Shown: in pieces, positions 12,840 to 26,130 of the stretch | Layout of the letters: every line of letters begins with the position of its first letter | Numbering within the stretch: the first letter of the stretch is position 1 | NCBI RefSeq assembly: GCF_009914755.1 | Contig: NC_060932.1 | Source of the DNA: the human T2T-CHM13v2.0 reference genome, Homo sapiens | Strand: one strand, 5' to 3' | Length of the DNA stretch: 64,000 bases | Position numbers and translations under genes: made by a program | The notes under the pieces: generated by a model | What the model was told of the DNA's origin: nothing | Database searches by the model: none | The model's input: only the letters and a program-made list of their open reading frames with translations

Positions 12840-15129
12840 GTTCATACAACTCTTTCCCTCCTAGACTGGAAGCTGAATGAGGGTAGGGATCTTTCTCGTG
12901 CATCCTTCTAACTCCAGGCCTGACACAGAGGAAACACTCCATCATTTCCTACTAAAAAAAATAAACAGCCCTCATAGGCACCAGTCAACAGAGAGGGGCT
13001 CAGTTGCAGGTTATTCTTGGCTGGTGTAATTAGTGGACAAATAGGCAAGGTTTAAACAAACAGCAAAAGTTCCAAAGTTTGAAAACTTATTTCCCAGCAC
13101 TCTTCTAGCCTTGCTGTGTGACTTCACCTTGAGTTATGAAACAGTTATATAACCGAGATCCCCAGCAGAGCACTGCACTTGAAGCTGATTCTGTTTTGTT
13201 CAAAGGAAACCCAGATTCTAGGTACATAATGATGGCACCCCGGAGCTATTATCAGTGTATATTGTGGCTTTGGTGTTGATAATGAGTGTGCTCAAGTACA
13301 TTCCATTCCTCTCTCTGTTTTAATCTCAACGGCACTCTGGTTACAAAGCAGTGAGCGTGGCCTTATCTCACGCTTTTGTCTGCTTTGGTGCTTTTCAGCG
13401 TATTCTTGGGTCAAGGGTGAGATTCCATTCCTGGTTCTCAGCTGTAACTCACCTGGAACAAACCCTTCTTTGCTTTTCCTGTCCCCAATTGTGCTTTTAA
13501 AAAAGGCAGGCTTTGGGACTACTCCATGTTCTGTCCTAGAAAATTTCTTTTCACTCAAGTCTGTAAAAGGAATGTTCAAAACGTGATAACTATATTCCTT
13601 TTGGTCACACCCCACCCAGCCATATGTTGTTGTTTTTTCAGCACACTTAGATTTTTTTGCAGGATGCCAATATGTTGTTTTTTTGGGTTGCCGCTTGTTT
13701 TGGAGTGCTTTTTTTTAGCCCTGTGGTCGTGAGAAATATGCCACATTTCTGGGATCAGCCTCCTTGACCAGACCCCACGTTTCATGGGAGTTGGCTGGTG
13801 TCTGACTAAAGAATTTCAAGACAGAAGAAGGAACTTCTTTTTTGTGTCCTGGAAGGTCTCCAGATATGGAACAAGGAGGCAGTTAGCAAAGCAATTGTCA
13901 TTTTTATTCCTGAGAGTGAAAGTCGTCTCCAGCCTCGCCCACCCCCAAGACACAGATAAAATATGTCTCTGGTTTTGTTATGTGTCTGAGTTCATGTTCC
14001 CATGTTCACATATGTGTATTTGTAGGGACAAACTTTCTTTCTTGTTTCAACTATTTTAATTTTTTTTTTCTATTTTATTTCTATTCTTGTGTATGTCCTT
14101 AACTAGGGCACATATTTTTCTTCTCTGTGCCTATCACTCTTTCCATGACCTAGAGAAACCATCACAGCCCCATTTACTGAGACACTGGAGATGCATCGTC
14201 TTTAACCTTCACAGCCTCTGAGACAGAAGGGCTGAGAGGCAGTTAACTTGACCATTCACCAAGCCACTAAGTGGCAGAGCTGGGAAAGTGCAGGTGTCTC
14301 TGGCTTCTGGTGTTGCATTCTGTCTCCATCCCCTGCCCTTAGCTCCACCCAGTAAAATTAAAGGTCTCCACTAGGACCAGCTCACAGGTTTTCCTCTCAA
14401 TAAAGCCGATTCTGATTCCCATCCATATGTGCAGGTACTTCTTCCATTTATAATTAGACTCCTGTTAATAGATTGGACATTTGCATATTTATCTTAACTT
14501 CACAATTTAGATATGTATCAACTTCCACAGCTACATTGATAATCTCATTAAAGGCAGGGACTTTGTTCTTGCTGATGGTTTTATCCTGCTAAGTGGTTAG
14601 CTATACATGTCCTAGAGTTAGGCCTGAATTTGAATCCAGAGCAGTTGACTTTTATAGGCTAAGGTAGTGTCCTCATATGTAAATGGAGCCAACAATGCCA
14701 ACCTATAGAGTTATTGAGAGGATCAAACAAAATAACTACCTATAGATTGGAAGTTATGTGTTACTCCCTTTAAAGCCCCCATTCTTTAGGAAATTTATAT
14801 GGTTCTCTAGGACTTTCATTTCTAGAAGTGCCAAACTTTATCAATGCCATGCCTCTCCTATACATTTATCCCTCAACACAATTCCTGGAGCAGCACGCTG
14901 CATCTGACCTGTCACTGTCTAGATTGTACCTTGATGTGGGTAGAGACTTCATTAAGAAGTTTTTTGGCCTGGAAATTGTTAGCTGTAAAATCATTCACTA
15001 TTACTTCCTGAGCACTCTCTGCATTCCAAGGCTCATTCTAAATAATTATAACAATTATTTAATTACCAAAATTTATACATATTGTTATAGAAATGATAAC
15101 ATGTGTTGGTTTTATTCCCTCATGTTCTA

Positions 15130-15305
15130 AGGTGCTCTTTGCAGATTTTTAAAAATCTTTAAGACAATGCTTTGAAAGTGGCACTATTATTATTCTCACT
15201 TTGTAGATGAGATCACTGAGTTGTACGGACTTTTAAAAACTTCCAGAAGTTTGCACATTTAGCATGAGGTGGAACAGGAATTTGAATACAGGTAGTCTGA
15301 CATAT
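15130..15305 (-). mobile_element. MIR SINE fragment
   Basis: 'actattattattctcactttgtagatgag...ctgag...ggaatttgaatacaggtagtctgac'. Confidence 0.7.
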
Positions 15306-16489
15306 GTGTTATACAATACTAGGCCTTTTTCATATGTATGATAAAATTAGATTCTTACTGTAAGTTTTGGAGATGGGTGAGGTTGGTAGTATTTTGAAAT
15401 GAAACAGAGGCTGGAAGAAGCTAAAGGCTTGTCCAAACTCACCTGTCCTGCAGATTCCAGTGCAGGATGTTGAGCCAGGCATTTGATTTCCTGGACTCCT
15501 GCCTAGTGCCCTTACACCCCTTCTGCTGGACCAGACTGAGTACTCTTCCTTACAGGGTGACATGGAGCAATGAGGCAGAAGGAAGAGCTCAATTCATTAT
15601 TCTCCAATTACATGATCAAGAAGCAGCTAGTGCTGTCTTTCCAGATCCTTACTAGAGATGGCAGAAACTCATCGATTTTTACTTCAATTTAACTTTCAGC
15701 CTTAAGCTTTTGTGTCAAAGTCCTGAAAACAAAATTTAGAATTTCTGAGACCTATAATATATATCCACCCCCCATCTATATGTATACTTATGTTATATTC
15801 AAATGTGCTAAAAAAAAATAACTACTTTGACTATGAATTGACTTTGGCTTACAATATCTATACTTTATGCCTTAACATTTTTTTTCCATTTTCTTCTCTT
15901 GGGGTAAGCTGTGAGTCTTGTGGAGTGGGTAAGGCACAACACCAGTTCCTGAGTTCCACTGAGTTGTCACAAGTGGGTGTGGGAATTGTCCCTGTCACAT
16001 CAATAATTTCAGAGCCCAAGTTCCTATTGATAAAAGCAGACATTGGGAAGAAAAGATTGACATTTAAAATCTGTGATTGTCTACTCTGCTGGCAACATTT
16101 TTTTTCTTCCCTTGTACATAAAAACTAAATTAATCCTTCTCAAGTCATTATTTTCTTTGCATCTAGAAATGCTATTAGGATATTTCCAGGCTGCCACTGA
16201 GGCTATGGTTTGTAGATGACCGGAGCAGATCCCAGGGGGCTCCACCTGCCTGACCCTCTCATATGCAGGAAACAAAGCCCAGACCCTGGACAGCGCGTGT
16301 CCTGTGACTTAGAAACTTGAAAGCGCAGAGCCGGTCTTTTATGTTGGCTCTAGGACAGCCCTGGACTTCTGTTTCCCTATTCCTTTGTTCATAATGTTTT
16401 CTTAGATAAAATTGTCCTTTCCTGCCAATTTTCAATTTTATCTTTCGTGGTCTCATCATCCTTCAGGGACTAGTAGAATAACAAAATAG

Positions 16490-16850
16490 TATGGAAAAAA
16501 AGCAGGAAAGCAAGACAGAATAAGGGGTGGGAGACAGGATTCCATTTTAATTAGAGTGGTTTGGGTGACCCTCACTGGGAAGGTGTTATGTGAGCGAAAG
16601 CCAAAAGGAAGTGGGGCAGCGGCAACAAAGATAACTGGAGGACAAATATCACAGGAAGAGGACGGGCGGGTGTCAGCAGAAGCAGCAGCACATGGGGCCG
16701 GGTGGGGGTGAAGGGGTAGGCATAGAGTGAGGGAGAGAGTGGGGGAGGCATTAGTGGAGGTGAGAGTGGAGAGGGTGTGATAAGAGGTGGGGCCAGATCT
16801 CATAGGCCATCTTAAAGAATGTGGCTTTCCCTCTAAATTGGATGGGAGTT
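16490..16850 (-). mobile_element. L2 LINE fragment
   Basis: 'aaagcaggaaag...cctcactgggaaggtg...ggggccagatctcataggccat...ggctttccctcta' antisense L2-like. Confidence 0.55.
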
Positions 16851-17028
16851 ACCTTCATAATATTGGTAGGGGGTTAGTTATTTAGGAATTAGTAGCTTTA
16901 CACATGACCAGAATAGATAGTTACCTTTTAGTTGTGATTTAGGAAGTACTCTTATGTTACTGTTTTCAAGGTATCTCTCCATTGATCTTGTCACAGAGAA
17001 GATTAGTATCCTCTGAGGCAATGATGTG

Positions 17029-17370
17029 GCACTGTGGTCTGAATGTTTGTGTCTCCCCCAAATTCATTTGTTGAAATCCTAACCCCCAAGATGATATTAG
17101 GAGGTGGCCTTTTGGAGATAGTTAGGTCAGGAGGGTGATTAGTGCCCTTATTAAGGGAGCCCGAGAGAGACCCATGACTCTTCCACCCTGTGAGATTAGA
17201 GTGGGGAAATAGCTGTAGAGGAGGAAGTGAGTCCTCACCAGAAACCAAACCTGCTGGTGCCTTAATCTTGGACTTCCCAGCCTCCAGTACTGTGAGGAAA
17301 AGAATATCCTTTGTTTATAGCCCACTCAATCGATAGTATTTTTTTACAGCAGCTGGAAAAGACTAAGGCA
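17029..17370 (+). mobile_element. MaLR solo LTR (MLT1A0-like)
   Basis: 'gtggtctgaatgtttgtgtctccccaaattcatttgttgaaatcctaacccccaag...ttggacttcccagcctccag...gactaaggca'. Confidence 0.85.
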
Positions 17371-17761
17371 CTTAGGTTTCAGTCTTCTCTGGACCATTTA
17401 TGTTTGGGTGTCCTGAGGTACATCGCTTATTCTATTTTTGCTCAATTTCCTCATTTGCAGAATGCGAATGATATTCCTAACTTACCTAATGGCTCATGTT
17501 GGAGGAATAAGATAATCTTCTTAAAAATGCTTTTGAGATTCAGAGTATTATAACAATATTATATTATTTTTCTTCATGCAGGAAGGTCTCTAGAGAAATG
17601 CAGACGTGATCCACAGTTATCACGACGTGCAGATGAACCTTGGTTTATCAGATGGCATAGCTGAGTCCTTAAGGAATATCACCCAGAGAGCTGAGCTTCA
17701 ATGAGGTAAAGTGAAGCATGAGTTAGAATGCAAGCTCTGATCAGAAGCATATCACAGAGAA

Positions 17762-18193
17762 TATACCAGTTATCTAGGGCTGCTGTCAAGAAGTTCCACA
17801 CTAGAGGCTTTAATCATGGAAATTTATTCTTCCACAGTTCTGGAGGCCAAAAGTCCAAAATCAAGGTGTTGGCAGAGCCGTGCTATCTCCAAGTGCTCCG
17901 GGGGAGCATCCTTCCTTGCTTCTTCCAGCTTCTGGTGGCTCCAGGCATCACTTGGCTTGTGGCTTCATAACCTCTGCGTCTGTCTTCATGTGGCCTCTTC
18001 TTCCCTATGTTTCTCCTCTTACGAGGATACTTGTCACTCACTTTAGGGTCCCCCTGGATAATCCAAGATGATCTCATCTTGAGTTCCTTAATTATATCTG
18101 CAAAGACTCTTTCTATAAATAATGTTATATTTACAATTTCTGGAGGTTAGGATGTGGATATATCATTTTGGGGCCATCATTCAATCCACTACA
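17762..18193 (-). mobile_element. MaLR solo LTR (MLT1C-like)
   Basis: 'ctagggctgctgt...cacagttctggaggccaaaagtccaaaatcaaggtgttggcag...attcaatccactaca'. Confidence 0.87.
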
Positions 18194-18989
18194 GGGAAGT
18201 TCCTACCAGTTAAAAAAAAAACAGCTTGAGGACAAGGCACTCATGATAGAAAATCCATGTAGGGTAACTGGAATAGAGATTTGCTAAGGGGAATGAAAGG
18301 TATACATTTGTATCTGGCAATCGTATATCCAGAATTGAAGAATCAGTTCTCAAAGCCTCTCTCTATTCAAGGAAGCTCAAGTCCCTCTCTCGCTCTCTCC
18401 CAAATTACAAAAGCTCAATGATGTATCCTGTTTCATCTAATCCTCTGGTTTAGGGCAACCAAGGACATAAGTTTCTCCTCCTTTACTAAACTATAGAATT
18501 GTGCATGTTAGAGCTTGAAAAGACCATTAAAATGATCTCAGTCAACTTTTTTCTTTTAAACCCTAGTGACCTTTTCAAAGTTACACAGCAAGTAATAAGA
18601 TGAGAGCTGGAATCCAAATTCTACAATCTACACACATGCCTTCTTCATTGCAGGCTACTCTCTTGGAAATTCTTCCTTCCATCCTCCTTTTCTCCTTCTT
18701 CCTCCCATCCTCCTCCCTTTCTCCTTTAGGTGGAAAAGGTTGCATTTACAGTATAACCCTCTACAAACCCCAATTCTTCTCTCATCTCTCATTCTTAACT
18801 CTCATATCATTGATATAGGTGAGAGAGTTGAAAAGTTAGGTAACCATTTTTTAACAACTTCTTTGTAAATTTTGTTTCTGTTCTAGATCTCCTCTAAGAT
18901 ACTACTTCTGTTTTCTTTGGTCTCAGCTAAGATTTCGATTTTAACATCCTGTTATAAGTTCTGTCATAGTTGCATACAAAGGATGTTAT

Positions 18990-20070
18990 GGAAACACACC
19001 AGAGGCAAACCTAACTTGGCCTTGCTGGGTTCAGGGAAAGCTGGGTATGGCCAGGAACTTACTAAGTGGAGTCCTAAATGCTGAGTTGAAGTTATCCATG
19101 TGAAGGGGGACAGTGATGTATGTGTGGAAGGTGGGGAGTGAAGAAAGAGGGAGGAAAGGCATTTAAGGCAAATGAAAAAACATTTGCAAAGACCTAGACT
19201 GAGAGAAGACACTGTGCCTTTTTGGAACTGGCATTGAAGTGTGGTATGGCTAGAGTTTTGAGAGGTGCAGCTGTGTGTGTGTGTTCATGGAATGGGGACA
19301 GGTGGGAGGAACTCAGGCAAAAAGTGAGGTGAAAGAGGTAGGCAAGGGGCAGATCATGAGGGTCCATGTAGGTCAGGCTAAGAAGTTTGAGTTATCCTGA
19401 AGATAATAGGAAGTTTTTTGAAGTGACAGGATCAAGCCAAGTGTGCTGGCCCACACGTGCAATCCCACCTACTTGGGAGACTGAGGTGGGAGGATCCCTT
19501 TGAGCCCAGGAGTTTGAGACCAGACTAAGCAACATAGGGAGACCCTGTCTCTACAGAAAATTTTTCAATAAATAATTTTTTAAAAACAATGAAATGACAG
19601 CATCAGATTTCAATTCTAGAAAAGTTTTTCTGTCTTTTTGTAATGGGGAATTAGATATAGCAAGATGAACAGGAAAGGCTGTTTAAGGGTTTAATTATGC
19701 TAACCTGGACAACCAAAAGTGTTAATTTCAGGCACTGTTCTAAGTGCTTTTCTTTTGTCATCCTGGGTAATCCTTTCAAGAAAGTGTCAAGGTGGACACT
19801 ATTAGTATTCCCATTTACAGATGAGGAAACTAAGGCACAGATTATTATGATCACTCTGACTGTTGTGTGGAAAATGGATTAGATGGTGGGCACAAGTTAA
19901 CGCAAGGAGGTCAGAGAGGAGAATTTTTCTAAAGTTCAGGCAAAAGATAATGATAGTGTAGAGAAAGGATAGGAGAAATAAAATAAAGAGCAATGAACAT
20001 ATTTGAGAAATGCTGAGATTTGTTGATGGACTAAATGTTGAAAAGTGAAAAAATCAAGGATTATTCCAAG
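18990..20070 (-). mobile_element. Fragmented L2 interrupted by an Alu monomer and a MIR (about 19715-19840)
   Basis: Antisense L2 motifs 'gagtcctaaatg...aggcaaggggcagatcatgaggg...gatcactctgactgttgtgtggaaaatggatt'. Confidence 0.65.
19435..19589 (+). mobile_element. Free left Alu monomer (FLAM)
   Basis: Single monomer 'gaggtgggaggatccctttgagcccaggagtttgagacc...gcaacatagggagaccctgtctct' with A-rich tail; diverged TSD tgaagtgacaggatca / tgaaatgacagcatca. Confidence 0.85.
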
Positions 20071-20559
20071 GACATTGGCTTAAATGGACATTTTGAGGTC
20101 ATAAATAGTTGTATAGAACAAACAAAAGTTGTATAGAGGGAGTTTTTGAAGGCATACCATTGATTTAGCAGCTGTTTCCTGAGTTCTTGAGTTGTGCCAG
20201 GCACTGAGCTGGTTGACCCACTCTCAGGCAGCGATTCCATCATCAGCCAAACCCAGTGGGCTGGTAGAAGAGTCAGGACATGATAATTAAAGGCAGGCAG
20301 CCATGCGTGGCTATGTCCTCATATTCACTTCCATCTCAAGCCATCCCTCAGCTTTCTGCTGTCACTTAGAGGCTTCTTTATCATGGAAAAGAGAAATAAG
20401 TGAAGGTGATAGAGTAAAGCGACCCTTTCCTTCTCCCTCCCTAAACAAGTAATAGAGGACCTTGGCTAAGAATGTAATTGAGTTCTTATGAGGGGTAATC
20501 ATTAAGCCGTATTTGGGTGATTGTGTAGCAAAGAAATGGATATTAAGAAGTTCAGTTTT

Positions 20560-21600
20560 GGGACCCTTGTATTCATCAAATTCTATGTGTTCTGAGTTCC
20601 AGGTACTTATATCCAACTGCCTGTTTTATACCTTTAAGAACTTAGGAATAGGCACCTCAAGCTTTATAACCTAAACAGAAAACTCTTGAATTTTCCGTAC
20701 CTCATCCCATCCCACCCTTACAATCTGTCACCCCAACAGCTGGTTCAAGAGCACCAGTAGTTACTCAGGTACAGCACTAGAAATGATCCTTGATTCTTCT
20801 CATTCCCTCCCATATCACCTTGACCCCACCAACAAGTTCTGTTGGATCTAGTTCCAAAACACACTGGATTCCCAAATCTGATCACCTTTTATCATTTCCA
20901 CAGCTACAACCATGATTCCAGTTCCCACCATCTCTCTCCAGTTTCCTGGCTGGTCATTGAACCTCCTGTTTAGCCCTCCCGACCCCATCATCTATCCTCC
21001 ACAGTGTTGCCAGAGCAGTTACATTTTAAAAATCATGCCAACTACTTACATCAAACCTCTGAAGATTTCCCATTGCATGTGGAATAACTACCAAACTTTT
21101 CCCCACTGTATAATGTGACTCCTATATGCCTTGCTGACCTCTTCAGCTTCCCCTCAACTCCTCATTTCATGGACCGGGATGCCTTTACACATGCCTTTTT
21201 GTCTTTCATCCTTGCCAAGCCTATTCCTAGTTCAGGGCCTTTGCACTTGCAATTCCTTCTACTTAGAATGTTTTGGCTCCTTACTGTCACATGGTGCGTC
21301 CTTTTTGCCTTCAGGTCTCAATTTGAACGCCACTTTCTCTGGGTGGCCATTGTAGATTGCCTGAACTAAAGCCACAACCCAATCACTTGCTACAGCATTA
21401 TCATATTTTATAATCTCTGAAATATTTAAATGTACCTCACATTTTATTTCATATTTATCTGTAAATATGTTTATTACCTCTTCCCAGCACAGAAGTTTAA
21501 GTTTCTAGAGGGCAAGACTCTGTCTGACTTGTTCATACTTTTAACTCCAATATCTATAGAAACAAATAAATATTTGTTTGTGGGCGGACTGAGTAACAGA
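20560..21600 (+). mobile_element. L2 LINE 3' region
   Basis: Pyrimidine-rich L2 motifs 'atatccaactgcct...tcagggcctttgcacttgc...gagggcaagact...aataaatatttgtt'. Confidence 0.75.
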
Positions 21601-21799
21601 CAGACTAAGTCTTTTTTATTCCTGGTAGGCCTGAAAGAGAATGGTTTGAATGGTTAAAAGAGGAAACGTTTGAATGGGTGAAAGAAAGCAACCTTGTACT
21701 ACACAATAATGCAAAAAAAAAAAAAAAACTCCATTTTAAGAGAAGCACCTTGCAAATTATGGAACAGTGGTCAGAATATTTAACTCTTAGGAGTTTAGA

Positions 21800-22124
<325 letters not shown>

Positions 22125-22960
22125 AAGAATTTAGAATATACTGTCTTGAGAACTAGTGTTTGTCCTTGGTGTATAGGTGCATACATTTGGTTAAACAACT
22201 ACTCACTGGGCTATTGGAAGAATACAGTGGCCAGAAATTAAAATCAATGAGCAGGTCTTAAGCAGACTGATTTTGGAGGGCCCCAGATCATCCTGGACTT
22301 TCAACTTTACTTTCATTTGAGGCAAAATCATTGATGATCCGGCAGAAATCCCACAGATAGTTTCTTTAGACTAAACATCTCAGACTTAAATAATGTACTA
22401 ATAGGAATGAGGCATAAATCCTGAATGAGAACAATACTTACAAGAGGGGATAGAGTTTTCCATGACTGGGAGGAGATTCTGAAGACAAATCTAAAGAAGT
22501 AGAGATTGGGAACCTAACAGTGGGAGAAACAAGTTAGGAGCAGGAGTGTGACAAGGGGTATCCCTTGGAGGCAGGGAAAAATGGGGTCTTCTACAAGTGG
22601 AGTTCTCAGCTACAGCTCATGTCAGAAGGCAACATTTAACAGAGGGTATTGTGTTGAGGAGCTCCAGGCAATCACCAGCAGCTAAATAGGCAGTGGTCAG
22701 TGGTCCAGCAGGGAGCAACTAGAAGGAGTTTGTAATTGTGAGGACGGGCCCCAGGAAGCCCGCATAGGAAAGTCATGGCTGCAACCTCCAGGCCTCCACT
22801 ATGTATTAGAGGAGGCAGAGTATTGCTGAGGGAGCCAGGGGGAAGCAGACCCTTGTTTACACCTGATCCTCCTCCCTGTTCTTCAGGTTTGACCTTTCAG
22901 CCTTAACTCTCCTCAAGCTCTACTTGAGTTTGTAAGTGTTTTCTTGTATTTGTCATCAAT

Positions 22961-23133
22961 AAGACCAGCTACATAATTTTCGGGGCCCAGTGTGAAACAA
23001 AAATGCTGGGCGCCCTGTTTAAAATATATTGAGAACTTTAAGATGACAGCAGAACATTAAGTCAAATTCAGGACCATTCTAAGCTTGGGCGCTGTGTGAC
23101 TGCACAGGTCGCACACCCATGATGCCTGCCCTG
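22961..23133. mobile_element. MER91A-like non-autonomous hAT DNA transposon
   Basis: 'gctacataattttcggggcccagtg...tgtgtgactgcacaggtcgcacacccatgatgcctgccctg' matches recalled MER91A. Confidence 0.8.
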
Positions 23134-23366
23134 GTCTATGCTTAGAATTCTGAGTTTAGGGCACCAGCTCCAAGCAGCCAGAACGCTACCAACCCTACCC
23201 CATCATTTGAGCTCCTTCTCTGAGACCCCATTCATCATCTGTTTCTTAGGGTCCTGATTCTTACAGCCATATAAAAATTTCATTCATATTCAGCTTTATA
23301 TTGTGTTATTTTCTTGAAAACAGAGACTAGATTTAGATAAATTTCAAGTACTTATAATCATGCTAA

Positions 23367-23736
<370 letters not shown>

Positions 23737-25964
23737 GAAACAAGTCCTCTTAACATACCAGACCCTTCACCTGATTCAGTCTCAGGACAACCCACCAAGC
23801 AGTCAGAATTGCAGGCAGCTTCTCTAACCTGATCACCTCCTCAAGGCTTTCTTCCAAGAGCATTTCCTTTCCCCATTTACTTCTGGTGAGTTTTGGTCTG
23901 ACATGCATGTTGAGAAGGTAGAACATGGAGATAAATAGGACCCTAGGTATCGTCTTAAAGATCCACAGAGCATAACCCCTCAGAAATAATTCCTGGCTTG
24001 GCAACATACTGATGTCCTTAAAAATGTTCTCCTTTGGAACTCAGAGCATATTTGAGGCCATTGACTGAATGTTCCAGAAGATAAGAACAACCCACAGCTA
24101 AGGATGTACTCTCTCTCTACCATTCAAAGCTTCTAGAGATAGGAACTCTTACAATCTCATTCATAGATTAAAAATTGATCTGAAAGACATTCTGTTTTAC
24201 TGTAGGCAACACTTTTGGAGAGAAAAATTCTCTTCCACCTTTTGACAAATAACATGCATCTTAGACCTTCCTTTTGTCATAACAAGTCCATCCCATCACT
24301 GGGTGTGAAGTTATTTCCTCCCTGTCTCTCTCTTCCTTGTGTATGTTCCAATCTACCCCTGGGCATTAAGGCAACATGACATAAGAATATATTTTCTAAA
24401 TTTGCATAAAATGAGAACTTCACAGATGGGCAGCACATGCTTCCCATAAGTCCAGTGTGAAAATGGCTCGATAGCACTTGTCGCTACACACATTCTTTCC
24501 ACATTTCTGGCACACGTACATCTTAAACAAACAGGAATTGCGACAAGCAAAACAGATGGGCAACAAAAAAAAAAGTTTTCAAGGCACGCATCCCAAAATT
24601 CTTCCTTGAACATGGTACTGTATCACTTGTCACAATAAATCTGAAAGTACTTCGGGTATTAACAGACAGTCTTTGCTGGAGGGGAAAGCTCAAGATATTC
24701 ATTTTTATAACTAAAAAGAAAAGAAAAGGTTGGAAACACCTTTGCCTCCCCTAATTATAGAGAGACAGGCTCCAAACTGTCCTTCTGTATATCGGGTGAC
24801 TGGCTTATTGTGTAGGAAATTTCTCTGGTGTCCTTTGCTTTGTCAATACGCAGAAATAGAAGTGGTATCACTAGAGAGTAGGAGTGGACAAAAGCATATT
24901 TCATATTCCACACGTTGTCAAGCATGGTTCTTGATTTATTTATCTGAAGCTACTCTCTACCAGGTAGCTTTTACCCAAAGGCATGTACATCAGCATTGAA
25001 GAATGAGACATAGTAACAGAAAAGGTTTGCAACATCAGCATCTAACTAAATCATTCTCAGGAGTTATAAGCAACATTAGAGCTCTCTCTACATTTCTAAA
25101 TTTCTAAAATTATTTGGAAGGAAATTGAAAGAGCGTTTAATGGGAAGTCACGAAACCAGGGCTTTGATCCTACCTTTATCACAGGCTACCTGGATGAACT
25201 TAGCAAGCCACTGAATCTCTCTGGACTTCTGCTGTCACCTGTTCAGTTGGCCACCAAAGGATCTCATTCTCCACTGCTGCTGCTGCCAGTTGTTACCTTA
25301 AAGCTGAACACTCAGAGAAATCTGGAACAAATGTCAATGCAAAGCCACGACAACTGTTCTGGGCACTGATTTCTCCTGGTGTTAGGTCAAGAGAGACTTT
25401 AGCACCTACCTCAGGGCCAGACCTCCCCGAGTTATTTGCTCCAAAACTTGATACAGTCCTCTCCTTAGCCATCACTCCTCCCCACCCACCAGCTGCAGGC
25501 AGCCTGCAGAGCTTAAAGAAGGCAAAAATAATTGTCCCAAATACATTTTCCAGACCTAGGATTTTTAGCTTATGTGGGGCACCAGAATTTCAATCTAAAT
25601 CTTAAAAAATTTTAGGGCAATCATTTTTCTTCCTCCTTGAAAGCCACAGACAATGATGTGCACTATTTACCCCATAAGAAGAACACGTATTAACCAGGGC
25701 ACAGCTTCTCGGTGTCTCCAAAAAGCCTTATTTGTTTAAGAGATTCATCTTTGACAGTTTAACAAATAATAATAATGTTAGTCAATATTATTAGTAGATA
25801 TAGTACTTTCACCTCTAGAAACAGAAATTGACCGCAACCTTCCAAACGGTAGCTCTTCTAAAAAAGGTTTTTTAAATTAAAGTTACTTTACATTGGGCAA
25901 CTTGCTACACATGTATGTTTAGAACTTCAGTAAATAAGTACATTAAATTATTGAAATATCTCTA

Positions 25965-26130
25965 ATTAATAACAGCTAACATTTATTGATGTTAGCATAC
26001 ACTACGCTAAGCACTTTATTTAATCCTCATGGCAAATCTATAAGATTGATACAATTATCATCATCCCCATTTTACAGAGAAGGATATTGAGACATAAAAG
26101 GTGTAATTGTCCTTGGTCACATGGTGAGGA
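25965..26130 (-). mobile_element. MIR SINE fragment
   Basis: 'aacagctaacatttattga...ctaagcacttta...tttaatcctca...atccccattttacagagaagga'. Confidence 0.75.

Noticed and set aside
13621-13720. Repeated 'atatgttgtt' followed by T-runs
   Set aside because: Short and low-complexity; no regular spacing, so not a CRISPR-like or true tandem array
24477-24547. Inverted 8-mers cttgtcgc / gcgacaag in CpG-containing unique sequence
   Set aside because: Arms too short and the intervening sequence does not pair; compatible with chance
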